A DNA stretch of 64,000 bases from a virus. The notes beneath the pieces were generated by a model. It worked only from the letters and a program-made list of their open reading frames with translations. It made no database searches and was not told the DNA's origin. The position numbers and the translations under genes were made by a program. Position 1 is the stretch's first letter. Each line of letters begins with the position of its first letter. Positions 50,545 through 61,225 of the stretch are shown in pieces. The stretch lies in the IMG/VR virus record IMGVR_UViG_3300044846_001970, positions 1 to 64,000 of that record, one strand, 5' to 3'.

Positions 50545-51561
50545 TTATGAATTCCAATATTTTTCAACAGCTGCATTAAGATCTTTTAAAATATCCTCAT
50601 TTAAAGGATTTTTTAAATGCTCTACAACATCTGATACATTCCTACCAAGCAAAGAATTTGATTTTGCATGATAAATATAACCATCAGCCTTTGGTATAAT
50701 ATACTTAAAAAAACTGGAATCTCTAACAATTGATTTAAGTTTTAATGTTTCCATATCCATTGTTGCAGTTTCCATAAAGGATTTAGCTGCTCTTTCTTTA
50801 TTATTTTCTCCACCATCACCATTAATATATCTATCCATATTTTCATAGATAACATCATTAGGTGTTGATTTTCTATATTGTGTACTATCTATATCTACAA
50901 CTTTTGCAATGTAGAATAACTTAGTACTGTTTTTATCAAATAATTTCTGAAGTTCAGATAATGCTTTATTTCTCATTTTCTTATATTCAGTTCTTGCCAT
51001 TACAGTTTCTTCTGTTTTATCTAAATAAAACTTAGGAGCTGTAGGTCTTGATCTTGCATCTTCAAAGCTTTTTGCAACAATTGCAAAACCACCTGCTTCA
51101 ATTGCATGCAATTTAATCCTATCATAAGGATCTTGTGGATCTAAGTATACTGGTTGATTACCACAAGCAATACTAATTCTATTCCAGAATTCAGCATTAT
51201 CAGGTCTAAGCAACTTTACTTTATTCCAAAAATCTTTATCTTCAACATCAATAACATTTGCTATAAGTTCTTTTTCTAACTCACATACTGCAGATCTTAT
51301 TTCTTTAATTCTTGCATCTCTATCTTCAGTATTCATTAATCTAATGTCTGGAGCAAATTCATTAAGTCCTGTTAAGTACCTAGTTACACCATTATTTTCT
51401 AAGCATGCCAATTGTTCATGATGAGTTACTCCATCAAATAAAGACATACCATATTCTTCTAATCCCATATTAGAAGCATTACTGTCAAAGAACGGGCGGA
51501 CTGCAATTGCTGTTTTTTTAACAGAGTCTTTGCGGGTCTCAATCATTGTGAAATTTTCCAT
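50545..51561 (-). CDS. Conserved crAss-like protein downstream of major capsid gene
   Basis: YLTGLNE...FWN...LDPQDPYD...LGRNVSDVVEHLKNPLN pattern; synteny (gene 75-like position). Confidence 0.6.
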   Translation of the reverse strand: MENFTMIETRKDSVKKTAIAVRPFFDSNASNMGLEEYGMSLFDGVTHHEQLACLENNGVTRYLTGLNEFAPDIRLMNTEDRDARIKEIRSAVCELEKELIANVIDVEDKDFWNKVKLLRPDNAEFWNRISIACGNQPVYLDPQDPYDRIKLHAIEAGGFAIVAKSFEDARSRPTAPKFYLDKTEETVMARTEYKKMRNKALSELQKLFDKNSTKLFYIAKVVDIDSTQYRKSTPNDVIYENMDRYINGDGGENNKERAAKSFMETATMDMETLKLKSIVRDSSFFKYIIPKADGYIYHAKSNSLLGRNVSDVVEHLKNPLNEDILKDLNAAVEKYWNS

Positions 51562-51600
51562 TTTGTTTGGTTTTTTTTGTTGGTTAAGTAAAAGTTAAAT

Positions 51601-51631
51601 AAAAAAAAGGAGGAGTGTATCTCCTCCTTTT
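51601..51631 (-). terminator. Rho-independent terminator after capsid gene
   Basis: Perfect stem AAAAGGAGGAG / CTCCTCCTTTT with a 5-nt loop and T-run. Confidence 0.85.
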
Positions 51632-51647
51632 AGTTTGTAATTATATG

Positions 51648-53264
51648 TTAGAAAGATCCACCAGTGATTGGATTTCTCATAACTATTTTCAACACTTTAG
51701 TTGGGTCTTTTACCCATATAGCTGGCATAGTTTGAGACATCATTACACGGTAACCATTGAATTGTCCAGAGGATTGGAAGCCTTGGCTACGTCCCATGTA
51801 ATCCATTGTACCATTTTGGTACCACCACTTTAATTGGTTATCCCAAGATAATTTCAATAAGAAAATATTATCATTTGTATTATCTGTGATATCAAAGATA
51901 ATGAATGAATAAGAACTTAAAGGGAAACCATCAATGATTGGGTTCTCAATATCATTTGTATGAACATTGTCAAAAGCAGGATTCAACACAAACTTTACAT
52001 TAGCCAAGAATGGGATAACATAAGAAGTGTAAGCAAATCCAAAGTTCAAGTCCATGCCTTTTCCAGTGATAGCACCAATGTCAGCAGCTTGAATTAAAAG
52101 ACCAGAAGCAACAGCTTCAGTTCTAATAGCTTCATTTACCATACGCATTCCACCCATACCTGTCTGAACTACTAGAGAACGCTTAGGATCTGGACCTTGG
52201 AATTCAACCTTACCATTAAAGAAGTTATAAATTTCTGAACGGAATAAGTCTAATGTAAAGTTATTTTTGTTATAAATCCTTTTGAAAGAGTTATCCAACT
52301 GTTTCCAAAGACCTACTGATAACCTTAGATCATCTGGACCATCTTGACGTACTCTACCACCTTGACCCCACATTAAGTAAGTTTCAATGTCAGTAGCAAT
52401 TTTAGACAAGTGAGCAGATTCCATAGCAGTAAGGAAAGTTCTAGATAAGTCACCATTATCAAATGCTTTCTTAACTTTATCTTTACCCATTACTTTAACC
52501 ATATCTTCTAAAGAAGAAACAGAAGGATCCATTTGCTTATCAAATGTTCTCCAGATTTCAGTTACAGGAACTGTACCATCTGCATTCATTCCACCTTTGA
52601 TCATTAAGTCTGCTCTTGAAGAGATAGAATAATGTACGTGAGCTTCTGCACCACCAACAAAGTTATAGAATTCACGGAATCCTGTTCTTGTTGTAATGTC
52701 AGAGAATCTTTCACCATACTCACCTCTTGCAGAACCTTTGCGGAATAACTTAGTTCCATTAGCCAAATACTTATTGTCAATGTACTTAAAGTTATCATTG
52801 TTAACAAGTTGTACTGTGTAAATAAAACCATCACCTAAAGGAAGAATATCCTCTGCAGTGATGTACATCTCTACACCATTGTATTTGTCATAAGTGATGA
52901 TATCACCATGTCCAAACTCACGTCTGCTTAATTTGATACGGAAGGTTGTTCCATCTATACCTTTAAAGTCATTAGATGCTTCAATGTCTTCTATAATGTA
53001 AGGAAGATCTATAGAGACAGGAGTCTGCCACTTGTACTCTCCACGAGCATTATCTACATTGATAACATTTTTCCCACCAAAACTTGACATTTGGTAAAGA
53101 GGCATTTGTACCTTTTGAGCCATAGCCCACAAATCCACTGGACCTAAATCCATTGGCTCTGCATCTTTTAGCATATTCACCAGGTGGTAAGAATCCACAT
53201 GGGAACTTGCATTGTAAGCGGTATCCCGGAGGAAAATACCATTGTTCATTACTGGAGTTGCCAT
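51648..53264 (-). CDS. Major capsid protein (crAss-like)
   Basis: 538 aa after portal and scaffold. GLWKQL, VQTGMGG, KFVLNPAFD, IWVKDPTK motifs; strong terminator downstream. Confidence 0.85.
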   Translation of the reverse strand: MATPVMNNGIFLRDTAYNASSHVDSYHLVNMLKDAEPMDLGPVDLWAMAQKVQMPLYQMSSFGGKNVINVDNARGEYKWQTPVSIDLPYIIEDIEASNDFKGIDGTTFRIKLSRREFGHGDIITYDKYNGVEMYITAEDILPLGDGFIYTVQLVNNDNFKYIDNKYLANGTKLFRKGSARGEYGERFSDITTRTGFREFYNFVGGAEAHVHYSISSRADLMIKGGMNADGTVPVTEIWRTFDKQMDPSVSSLEDMVKVMGKDKVKKAFDNGDLSRTFLTAMESAHLSKIATDIETYLMWGQGGRVRQDGPDDLRLSVGLWKQLDNSFKRIYNKNNFTLDLFRSEIYNFFNGKVEFQGPDPKRSLVVQTGMGGMRMVNEAIRTEAVASGLLIQAADIGAITGKGMDLNFGFAYTSYVIPFLANVKFVLNPAFDNVHTNDIENPIIDGFPLSSYSFIIFDITDNTNDNIFLLKLSWDNQLKWWYQNGTMDYMGRSQGFQSSGQFNGYRVMMSQTMPAIWVKDPTKVLKIVMRNPITGGSF

Positions 53265-53290
53265 TTTTATATTTATTTAATTGTTACTAC

Positions 53291-54556
53291 TTAAAATCTC
53301 TTGAACAAATTATTTTGTCTAGAGAGTGTCTTTTGAGGTTGTCTACTTGGAGAAGCTGTTCTTCTTTCTTCTTCTTGCTCATAATTACTTGAACCTAGTT
53401 TCCTAGACTCCTCAGTTTTTAATTTCCTTACTGTATCTTCTACAGTTTTTTTACTTCCTTGTTCTCTTACTTTACCTTTATATCCATCTGGATCTGCAAG
53501 TAACCAAAGTGCTTCTGCAATTAAGTCATGTCTTGGTTCTACAAACTGATACTTCTCTAAAAGGTGGCCTAACATATTTGTAGGTTTCCCAGATATTGAA
53601 GGATAGTTTGGTTGAACTAAACCAGAAAAAAGTAAACCTTGTGTTTTCTTATCTAGTCTAAGACCTCCTAACTCACCAGCTTGTAATGTATTAAAGACAT
53701 TATCTTGATAAGCTTTTGCAGCATTTGATTGTTGTTGTCTTCTAGATTCTTGATCTGCTAGTTGTCTTTGAACAATCTCATTTTGCATTCTATCTAACTT
53801 TGGTTTAAACTGAACAGCTTTTTGTTCTAATCTATCTAAGTCTAACCAATCTTGTATTTCTTCTTCAATTTCTTCTGGAGTTCCAAAACCAGTAGCATAT
53901 AGATACTGTCTTGCAATCTCTGCTTGATCACCTTCTTCAGAAGGATCAAGTTGTCTCATTTCTTCTACTTGAGCTAATGTTCTAAATAGACCTTTAAGAT
54001 CTTGTCCTCCATCAGCTACATACTTAGCAGCATATTGAAGTTCTTCTGGTAAAGATTGATAAAATTCTTTAGGAACATCATTCCTTACTTTATCTTCTCT
54101 CTCTTGAAAGTTAGCTTCAAATAATTCTCTAAAGTCTTTAGTGGTATATTCATCTAATGATTTATCATCATCAAAAGCCATTAAAGATCCTTCTTCAATC
54201 ATTTTAGTTGCTAACTCATAAAGACCAGACTTATCTACTTTTGGTCTTCCTTTATTACCAGTCTCTTCTTCTTGACTGATTAAACTATCTAATTCAGCAA
54301 TAGTTTCATCAACTTCTTCTTTCTTTTCTCTTGCCTCCTCTCTTTCTTTAGGAGTGGTTTTACTCATGTCAAGGAACGCAGTGTCTACATTTTCTTTTGA
54401 AAACATAGTCTTTGGTTTATCATCTTCTTCCTTAGAGGGAAGCATTACACTTTCTGCTCCAGGGTTTCCAAATATCTCATCAATATTTACATCTACTTGA
54501 CCTACCGTTGTAGTGTCTAAAAACTGAGTTTCCCCAGTATTTGTTACATTATCCAT
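53291..54556 (-). CDS. Putative capsid scaffolding protein
   Basis: Acidic, helical protein between portal and major capsid genes. Confidence 0.65.
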   Translation of the reverse strand: MDNVTNTGETQFLDTTTVGQVDVNIDEIFGNPGAESVMLPSKEEDDKPKTMFSKENVDTAFLDMSKTTPKEREEAREKKEEVDETIAELDSLISQEEETGNKGRPKVDKSGLYELATKMIEEGSLMAFDDDKSLDEYTTKDFRELFEANFQEREDKVRNDVPKEFYQSLPEELQYAAKYVADGGQDLKGLFRTLAQVEEMRQLDPSEEGDQAEIARQYLYATGFGTPEEIEEEIQDWLDLDRLEQKAVQFKPKLDRMQNEIVQRQLADQESRRQQQSNAAKAYQDNVFNTLQAGELGGLRLDKKTQGLLFSGLVQPNYPSISGKPTNMLGHLLEKYQFVEPRHDLIAEALWLLADPDGYKGKVREQGSKKTVEDTVRKLKTEESRKLGSSNYEQEEERRTASPSRQPQKTLSRQNNLFKRF

Positions 54557-54575
54557 AATTGTTGGTTTTTTATGT

Positions 54576-54595
54576 TATACTTTAATATACAAATT
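54576..54595 (-). promoter_or_regulatory. Putative phage promoter motif (AATTTGTATATTAAAGTATA)
   Basis: Upstream of the scaffold-capsid operon. Confidence 0.55.
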
Positions 54596-54651
54596 AAACT
54601 TGAAAAATTTAAAAGTAAAAAATAATTATTTAGCACTATATAGCTAACCCC

Positions 54652-57399
54652 TTATTTCTTTTTCACTTCTCCTCCTTTATCAAATTTATTTTTATTTACT
54701 CTTGCTATTTCAAGTTGCTTATTTGCTATATCTCTTTGAACATTAAGCTTCTCTCTTTCTAAATCTATTTTGTTTCTATCAATAATCATTCTATTAGTAT
54801 CCTTATCTCTTTGTAAAGATGTTTGAGCTTCATACTGTTCAGTCTGTCTAATATCTTTCATAGCATCTTGATAGTCAGATATTTCATTTTTATTAACATC
54901 TTGCATTGCTCCAAAACCTGCTGATCTAATTTCAGCAACAAGCACTTCATTTTGTCTATCTTTTTCTTTCTGAGTTTCCTCATAAGTTCTTCTAAGTTGT
55001 GCTTCCTCTGCATCTGCTTTAATTTTTTGTTCTTGCATTTGTTGTTGAGACTGCATCTCTTGTTCTTTCTGCTGTTTTAGTTTATTCTCAGAATCTTTAA
55101 GTACTGTATTAAGTTCAGCAATGGAATCAGATTGTACAATTTTACCAAGATCATATACTGATGCTCCTGTAGTATTGTTATTCATAGCCATTTGTTTTAA
55201 TTGTTCTAAGATGGCTCTATGGTTTGCAGTTGTACTACAGAAGATATTAAGATCTCTCATTAATAAATCAGTACCATTTATTTCAAAATTAACCTTTTCA
55301 TCAGCTGATGTAACATAAGTTAATCTTGCTGAAGGATTTGTTGAATTATAATACTGAGCTAAGTCAGTTCTCATTTGATGTACTCTTGGCATTAAGTAAT
55401 CACAGTGTTGTATAAAGAATACTTCTGTTTGTGCATAAGAAGCACTTTGTGCTTGTTCTACTCCAGTAGCAGTCATCTGAGATAACTGTTGTCCCATTCT
55501 TTGTGCATTAACACCAATCACTTCATATGCTTGTTGTTTAAAATGGTTTGCTAAGTTTACTCTTGACATTAATCTTTCTGTCTGAGATAGATCTAGTTTT
55601 TGGAAATGATTAAAGTTAAGAGCATTCTCTGTATTAGTAATAGATGTATCTAAAGGAAGCATTCCAAAATTCTTCATTGCTACATATGCTTTAGATAAAT
55701 TACCTTTTCCCCAGTCTTCTCCTAAAGAGTGTCTAGGAAGAGTGTTCTGGTCTAACATGATAATAGTACCTAACTCATCTACTAATATGTCAGCAATCTG
55801 GTTATTTACTATGTTATATCCAATCTGGAATGGCTTCATTAAATCAATGAGTGCAGTTGACTTAGTATTTCTATCAGAGAATACTGCACCTTCTACAGGA
55901 AGTTTACAACCATATAAAGTACTATCACCTTTAAATTGAAACTTAAGTGGTCCAATTTTTTTCTTTTCTACACCAATATACATAGGTGTAAATCCTCCTG
56001 GATTATTCATACCCCAGAAAGAAGGAATATTTGGTCCTATCTTTACACCACCCCATACTTCATTAATCCAGATCCAATCTATGTGTTCACCAAATATTAA
56101 ATTATCTTTAGTTTTATTTTTATTTAATCTAGTATCATAAATAGGTTTAATAGTTGTCTTGTAATTTTCATCTACAATTTCCATTTGAACTTCACCTTCA
56201 TCAGTAACAAGTATTAAATGGCCAACTTTTCTTTGAGACTTCCAATATACTGTTGTGCAACGTAATAAATAAGCAGTACCTTGATTATAGTAATCTTCAC
56301 TTTCAGCTAATATCTCAGTAATAATATCTCCTCCGCTAACTACAGCTCCTCCCATTGCAGTTGTATATTGTCTCATTGCAAGAGATGGCATGTTAGTATT
56401 CCAATCATGAGTCTTAGTACCATCATAGAAAGTACCATCATTTTGATAACCACCAATATTATAACCAGCAGATCTAATAGGATAAATAGCTTCTAATGCA
56501 ACCATTTGTTCTTCATCCATTAAATATCCATATTTATCTAGAGCATCAGAAGGAGTTAACATATCTGTTTTACCTACCCAGTTAGCTTGAGATATGTATC
56601 TTGCATCTGGAGATTTATGATAAAAAGTTACAGCAGGATTCCATAGCTCTACTTCATAGTCATCTTCCATCATTCTCATATGCCAGAATTCTCTGTCAGT
56701 AATAAGCATATCTCTGAATGCTCTTTCCTCAAGTTCATTCATACCAAATCTTTCAACATCTACTTTATGTTGGTGAGTAGCCCACTCTTCTACCATAGAT
56801 CTATAATCTTTTCTAAAGAACATTTCTATTTCTGGAAGAGATTTTAATTTATCATCTGCTGTTTCTTGTTGAAATTCTTCTGATGCAGGATCCATTCCTT
56901 GATCCATAAGAGCAGATGCTATTTTTAATTTAGCATCAGATAAAAGAACTTCTTCTACCATGGCTCTTTTTTGCTCAAGCATTTCATTATAAGATGTATC
57001 ATCTACTGCCCGGTATGTAAGTTTAGTAGATCTCTTTGCAAATTCAGCTACTAAAACATTAATAACATTTGGAATAATAGGATAAAACTTTAACTCTAAT
57101 GCAGATTCATCTTCTTTAGTAAGTACTTCTACAATATCTCTGTACTCATTATTATCTTCAACTATATAATCAGACTTATCTATAATACCTTTTGCAAGCT
57201 TATAATTCTTCATTAGCCTACGGGCATTTCTGCGGAGTTGTTTAAGACCTTGCCATTCAACCCAATCTAAATTCCATGCAGCCCATCTATCATCTTTTTC
57301 TTCTTTGGATAAAAATTGAAGTGGTTGGGTAATACTACCCATTCTATTAGTTTCAACTTTGGCTCCTGCTTTAGCCTGAAGTGCATTAATTATTTTCAT
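54652..57399 (-). CDS. Portal protein
   Basis: 915 aa directly after terminase. FYPIIPNVINVL, WINEVWGGVKIG, CKLPVEG, LMKPFQIGYN motifs typical of crAss-like portals; coiled-coil C-terminus. Confidence 0.9.
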   Translation of the reverse strand: MKIINALQAKAGAKVETNRMGSITQPLQFLSKEEKDDRWAAWNLDWVEWQGLKQLRRNARRLMKNYKLAKGIIDKSDYIVEDNNEYRDIVEVLTKEDESALELKFYPIIPNVINVLVAEFAKRSTKLTYRAVDDTSYNEMLEQKRAMVEEVLLSDAKLKIASALMDQGMDPASEEFQQETADDKLKSLPEIEMFFRKDYRSMVEEWATHQHKVDVERFGMNELEERAFRDMLITDREFWHMRMMEDDYEVELWNPAVTFYHKSPDARYISQANWVGKTDMLTPSDALDKYGYLMDEEQMVALEAIYPIRSAGYNIGGYQNDGTFYDGTKTHDWNTNMPSLAMRQYTTAMGGAVVSGGDIITEILAESEDYYNQGTAYLLRCTTVYWKSQRKVGHLILVTDEGEVQMEIVDENYKTTIKPIYDTRLNKNKTKDNLIFGEHIDWIWINEVWGGVKIGPNIPSFWGMNNPGGFTPMYIGVEKKKIGPLKFQFKGDSTLYGCKLPVEGAVFSDRNTKSTALIDLMKPFQIGYNIVNNQIADILVDELGTIIMLDQNTLPRHSLGEDWGKGNLSKAYVAMKNFGMLPLDTSITNTENALNFNHFQKLDLSQTERLMSRVNLANHFKQQAYEVIGVNAQRMGQQLSQMTATGVEQAQSASYAQTEVFFIQHCDYLMPRVHQMRTDLAQYYNSTNPSARLTYVTSADEKVNFEINGTDLLMRDLNIFCSTTANHRAILEQLKQMAMNNNTTGASVYDLGKIVQSDSIAELNTVLKDSENKLKQQKEQEMQSQQQMQEQKIKADAEEAQLRRTYEETQKEKDRQNEVLVAEIRSAGFGAMQDVNKNEISDYQDAMKDIRQTEQYEAQTSLQRDKDTNRMIIDRNKIDLEREKLNVQRDIANKQLEIARVNKNKFDKGGEVKKK

Positions 57400-57404
57400 A
57401 ATAT

Positions 57405-59588
57405 TTATTTAAAGTTCTTAAATGCGGATCTTTTTAAATTGGATCCTACATTACGAAAAGGATTCCTATTTAATTTAAACAAATTTTCTGACTTTTGCAA
57501 GTTTTTAGCTGCATCATCCATAATAACTCTTTTAGAATATCCCTTATTTGCTTGTTGTATTCTCATAAATGCAACCATTGCAGAAAATGCAACTAGTCTA
57601 TCCACATTGAGTCCATCTGTGTAGGCATGCATTTCTTTTAGTAACATTATATCTGGTATTCTTTCTACACCATATGTAGTTCTTACTATAGTCCCATCAG
57701 GTTTAGTTACTGTATCTAATTCTTCTTTACAGTATTCTATGACATAACTTAATAAGTGATGTTTAAATAGTACTCCTGTATTTCTCCAACCATACTCCTG
57801 GAAGACGTTAGCATTTGCACCTAAGTCTTTTAAGAACATAATCTGATTTTTGGGAACAAGATACTTCTGTCTTTTCCTAGATATCATATATAAGATAAAC
57901 AAAGAAATGTTATTCTCAATTACAGTCTGAGCATTATACCACTCTATGATCATCTCTAATCTTTCATGTGTTTGTTTGATATCATCAAATCTTCCACACC
58001 ATGCAGCTACTATTTTATCTTGTTCTATGTAAGTTTCTGAATCCCCTGCTGTATGTTTAGTTACTTCTATAGGAGCTTTCATAACATAGATAGAACATAA
58101 TGAATCTGAAGTAGTTGTCTTTCCCTCAGCTACAGGGTCAATAGATGCATAGTACTGACCATATTCAGGATCTTTAATAGGTCTTTCCCATACAACTAAA
58201 CATCCAGTTTTATCTTCAGTCTTTTTACTTATTGGAAATTCAGATATTGGTAACTTATTACTTGTCTTAACTTTAATCTTTCCTATTTCATCTCTAGATA
58301 TATCTAGATATTCATATGGATATTCTTTATCTTCTATTCTTCTTATTTGTGCAGTAACAAGATGTGATGGAAACTTAGATACTTTTCTATGTTTAAATGC
58401 TTCTGCTATATTTCTAGGGTGCTGAGATATTTCTAACTGATAATCTTCAGGGTCCATAGATTTCTTTATCTTCTCAAAATAATCATCTAATGCTTGTAAT
58501 GCTTCTTCTACAAGTGAATTACCATAATCATCTATGTAAGGAGGCATTGACCATTGTTCTGGAATAAATAAACCTGACTTGCCTAAAGTACCTTGCTCAT
58601 CTAGTAAGTCTGTATCTACAGAAAATATATCATTAGCTTCTGGATCTAGAATCATTTTCTTTAAAGGTTCACATTGATCTAAGTCACCCACTGATCCTGC
58701 TGCAATAAATAAACCTGTAGTAATCATACCTGATTTAAGAGCAGGTTTAATGTATCCATATGTTGTATTCATCTTTGGAGCAATACCGGCCTCTTCATGG
58801 AAGAAGTATTTAACTGGTCCACCTACTCCATTTGTTGGATCTTTATCAAAAGACATTCCTTGTAAAGTTCCTTTTAATCCTACTTCAGCTTTTCTATCTC
58901 CTTTTCTTACTTCAATCTTTTGTTGCCACATCATTACTTTATCTGGTGACATTGGTCTATACCAAGCAGTGTGCTCATTTAAGAATGCAGCATATTCATT
59001 TAGAAATTTCCAAGTACCTTTCTCATTAATGTAATCTTTAAGACTTGCCCCCATCTTTAAGGTAACCCCTGCTTCAAACCATAACTGATTAATTAGTTTT
59101 CCTGCATGAAAATAACTAGATGCAATCTGTCTTTTCTTTAGTATAGCAGCATGTAAATAGAATAGTTCTGCAAGCACTTCATATAATGCCATATGATATT
59201 GTGCATCCCTTATTTGAGCAAAGTCAAATTTCTGTTGTTCCTTATCAAAGATTGGTAAGAAGTTTAACCACATATAATAATCTCTGGTAAGATACCATGT
59301 TTTATTATCTGATTTAATTAATACTCCTAGTCTGCATTTATTTTTTTGATCATCCCAGTAATTAACAAAGTCTCTGGATTTAAATGGTGCAGTACAGTAT
59401 ACTTTAGTTTCTCTAAACTTTCTAGACTCAGCAATAAATATTTCATTGGTTACTTCATTAAATTCATATTTTCCAGGTTCTCTAAATATAGAAAATAAAA
59501 AGTCTCTCCACTCATCTCTTGATTCAAAAGTTGTTGTTGTCCATGTACCATTATCCCATGTGGGAATATCTTTATAAATATCATCCAT
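57405..59588 (-). CDS. terL: Terminase large subunit
   Basis: Walker A-like LKKRQIASS, Walker B-like FFHEEAG, nuclease YYASIDPV...DSL...NVDRLVA. Confidence 0.92.
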   Translation of the reverse strand: MDDIYKDIPTWDNGTWTTTTFESRDEWRDFLFSIFREPGKYEFNEVTNEIFIAESRKFRETKVYCTAPFKSRDFVNYWDDQKNKCRLGVLIKSDNKTWYLTRDYYMWLNFLPIFDKEQQKFDFAQIRDAQYHMALYEVLAELFYLHAAILKKRQIASSYFHAGKLINQLWFEAGVTLKMGASLKDYINEKGTWKFLNEYAAFLNEHTAWYRPMSPDKVMMWQQKIEVRKGDRKAEVGLKGTLQGMSFDKDPTNGVGGPVKYFFHEEAGIAPKMNTTYGYIKPALKSGMITTGLFIAAGSVGDLDQCEPLKKMILDPEANDIFSVDTDLLDEQGTLGKSGLFIPEQWSMPPYIDDYGNSLVEEALQALDDYFEKIKKSMDPEDYQLEISQHPRNIAEAFKHRKVSKFPSHLVTAQIRRIEDKEYPYEYLDISRDEIGKIKVKTSNKLPISEFPISKKTEDKTGCLVVWERPIKDPEYGQYYASIDPVAEGKTTTSDSLCSIYVMKAPIEVTKHTAGDSETYIEQDKIVAAWCGRFDDIKQTHERLEMIIEWYNAQTVIENNISLFILYMISRKRQKYLVPKNQIMFLKDLGANANVFQEYGWRNTGVLFKHHLLSYVIEYCKEELDTVTKPDGTIVRTTYGVERIPDIMLLKEMHAYTDGLNVDRLVAFSAMVAFMRIQQANKGYSKRVIMDDAAKNLQKSENLFKLNRNPFRNVGSNLKRSAFKNFK

Positions 59589-59590
59589 AA

Positions 59591-60106
59591 TTAACTGTCA
59601 TATGCTAGACCTTGACCACCTCTTACTTTACTAGATTGTTCTTCTTGTAAATCTTTATATACTCCTTTAAATGAAGCTCTAATCTGATCAAAGTTTTTAG
59701 CTGCAGCAACTATAGAATTTATATTACCATCTCTTCCATCTGTAATAGGAGTATTCTCCATATATCTACCTAATCTATCTAACATAGATGCAATACCTTT
59801 ATATGCTCTAGATGTTGGTGTCTCATACATTCTTTTACAAAATTCTAAAGCAACATGTATGTCATCATCTTCTAATGAAAAATCTCCATTTATTTCTTTC
59901 ATAACTAAATACTCTTTGTCTATATCAGGTGCATAGAAAAAAGGATTCATATCTGGATTAGGACATGTCATATAAAACAAATACAAGTAAATCTTAAGAT
60001 GTTCTTCTGGATAGTTATCCATTATATCTTTTAAAGCTTTTAGTGTATAGCAATGTTCTGTTGGTACTACAATACCATTTTGTACATCAAATAGTCTTAC
60101 TAACAT
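59591..60106 (-). CDS. Conserved protein upstream of terminase (possible small terminase subunit)
   Basis: Helical 171 aa ending VRGGQGLAYDS, immediately before terL. Confidence 0.5.
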   Translation of the reverse strand: MLVRLFDVQNGIVVPTEHCYTLKALKDIMDNYPEEHLKIYLYLFYMTCPNPDMNPFFYAPDIDKEYLVMKEINGDFSLEDDDIHVALEFCKRMYETPTSRAYKGIASMLDRLGRYMENTPITDGRDGNINSIVAAAKNFDQIRASFKGVYKDLQEEQSSKVRGGQGLAYDS

Positions 60107-60107
60107 A

Positions 60108-60938
60108 TTATTTCTTTTTAATTGGATTATCTTTCATATAATTTATAATAGCAAGAACTTCATCATAAAGATAAGGTACTGACATTAAAGTAAGATCTTT
60201 AACTATAGGATCTCCATTATCTAAATACTTAGTTATTGGATATCCAAACTCATCTTTACCTTCTTCTTCAAAAGATATATGTTGTATAAATATTCTACCA
60301 GGAATTAACTTAGGATTATGTTTTATTATAATGTACATATAAATACTTAATTGTAAAGCATAATGATTAAAATTACAGTCATCAAGATGTGTTAATGGAA
60401 AAGATAATTTTTCAGATACACCTTCCCAATTTTTAAAAGATTCTGTTTTAATTTCTTTATTAGTTTTATAATCTATAATATTTACTTTATTATTAATTAC
60501 TTCAACAAAATCTGATTGCCCACATATACCTGCTGATTTAAGATATACCATATGTTCAGGATATACTCCTGGATCTAATTTTTGTGAAGGTGCAATTCTA
60601 ATACCATTAGTTTCTCCAGAAGGAGGGAATACAGGAATTACTATACCTTCTCTTTCCATAGATGATAATCCACATATATCAGATTCTCTTTGATTATGAT
60701 AGAAAGTACCTAGGGTCATAGCTCTATCTGATTCACTATTCCATATAGCTTCAATAGCAATAGGATCAATTCCAAACCATTTAGATTTTTTACTTTTAGT
60801 TACCTTAGCAGCTACTGCTTTAGCATCAAAAGGTTTTTTAAAATGAGATACTAGTGTAGTAACACTTATCCAATTAATTTTATCAGAATCATGTATACTC
60901 TTGTAACTATGATCTGAGGCTTGAAATACTATACTCAT
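60108..60938 (-). CDS. PD-(D/E)xK nuclease
   Basis: SVTT...GTFYH...ICGQSD...IIDYKTN...YALQLSIY motifs. Confidence 0.85.
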   Translation of the reverse strand: MSIVFQASDHSYKSIHDSDKINWISVTTLVSHFKKPFDAKAVAAKVTKSKKSKWFGIDPIAIEAIWNSESDRAMTLGTFYHNQRESDICGLSSMEREGIVIPVFPPSGETNGIRIAPSQKLDPGVYPEHMVYLKSAGICGQSDFVEVINNKVNIIDYKTNKEIKTESFKNWEGVSEKLSFPLTHLDDCNFNHYALQLSIYMYIIIKHNPKLIPGRIFIQHISFEEEGKDEFGYPITKYLDNGDPIVKDLTLMSVPYLYDEVLAIINYMKDNPIKKK

Positions 60939-61225
60939 AACTCATCTAGTTTATCTTCTTGTTTTTCTGTAATAACTTTTGTCCATTTATTTAGTGGACA
61001 ATTAGAAGACAATGATCTTGTTTTAAATGCTAATGAACAACCACATTCATTACAACAAGGTCCTGTTCCTTTTACAGCACACTTTTTACCTTTACTTGGA
61101 CACTCTGCACATATATCATTTCTTAGTGAAGCTACATGTTCTACAAAATCATCTCTAACAATACTATTGGTTATGCCTTCAATTATCTTTTTGCGGTCCT
61201 TCCAAATTTCTTTTAATGTATTCAT
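60935..61225 (-). CDS. Cys-rich Zn-binding small protein (DUF6171-like)
   Basis: RNDICAECP...CNECGC...KT...CPLNKW. Confidence 0.65.
   Translation of the reverse strand: MNTLKEIWKDRKKIIEGITNSIVRDDFVEHVASLRNDICAECPSKGKKCAVKGTGPCCNECGCSLAFKTRSLSSNCPLNKWTKVITEKQEDKLDEL

Noticed and set aside
13405-52834. Short nested minus-strand alternative-frame ORFs (13405-13602, 22538-22855, 31175-31369, 46290-46481, 52604-52834)
   Set aside because: They lie fully inside well-supported genes, and their composition is typical of off-frame translation.
54652-59588. Inteins or self-splicing introns in terminase/portal (common in some crAss-like phages)
   Set aside because: The ORFs are continuous, of ordinary length, and show no intein or homing-endonuclease motifs.
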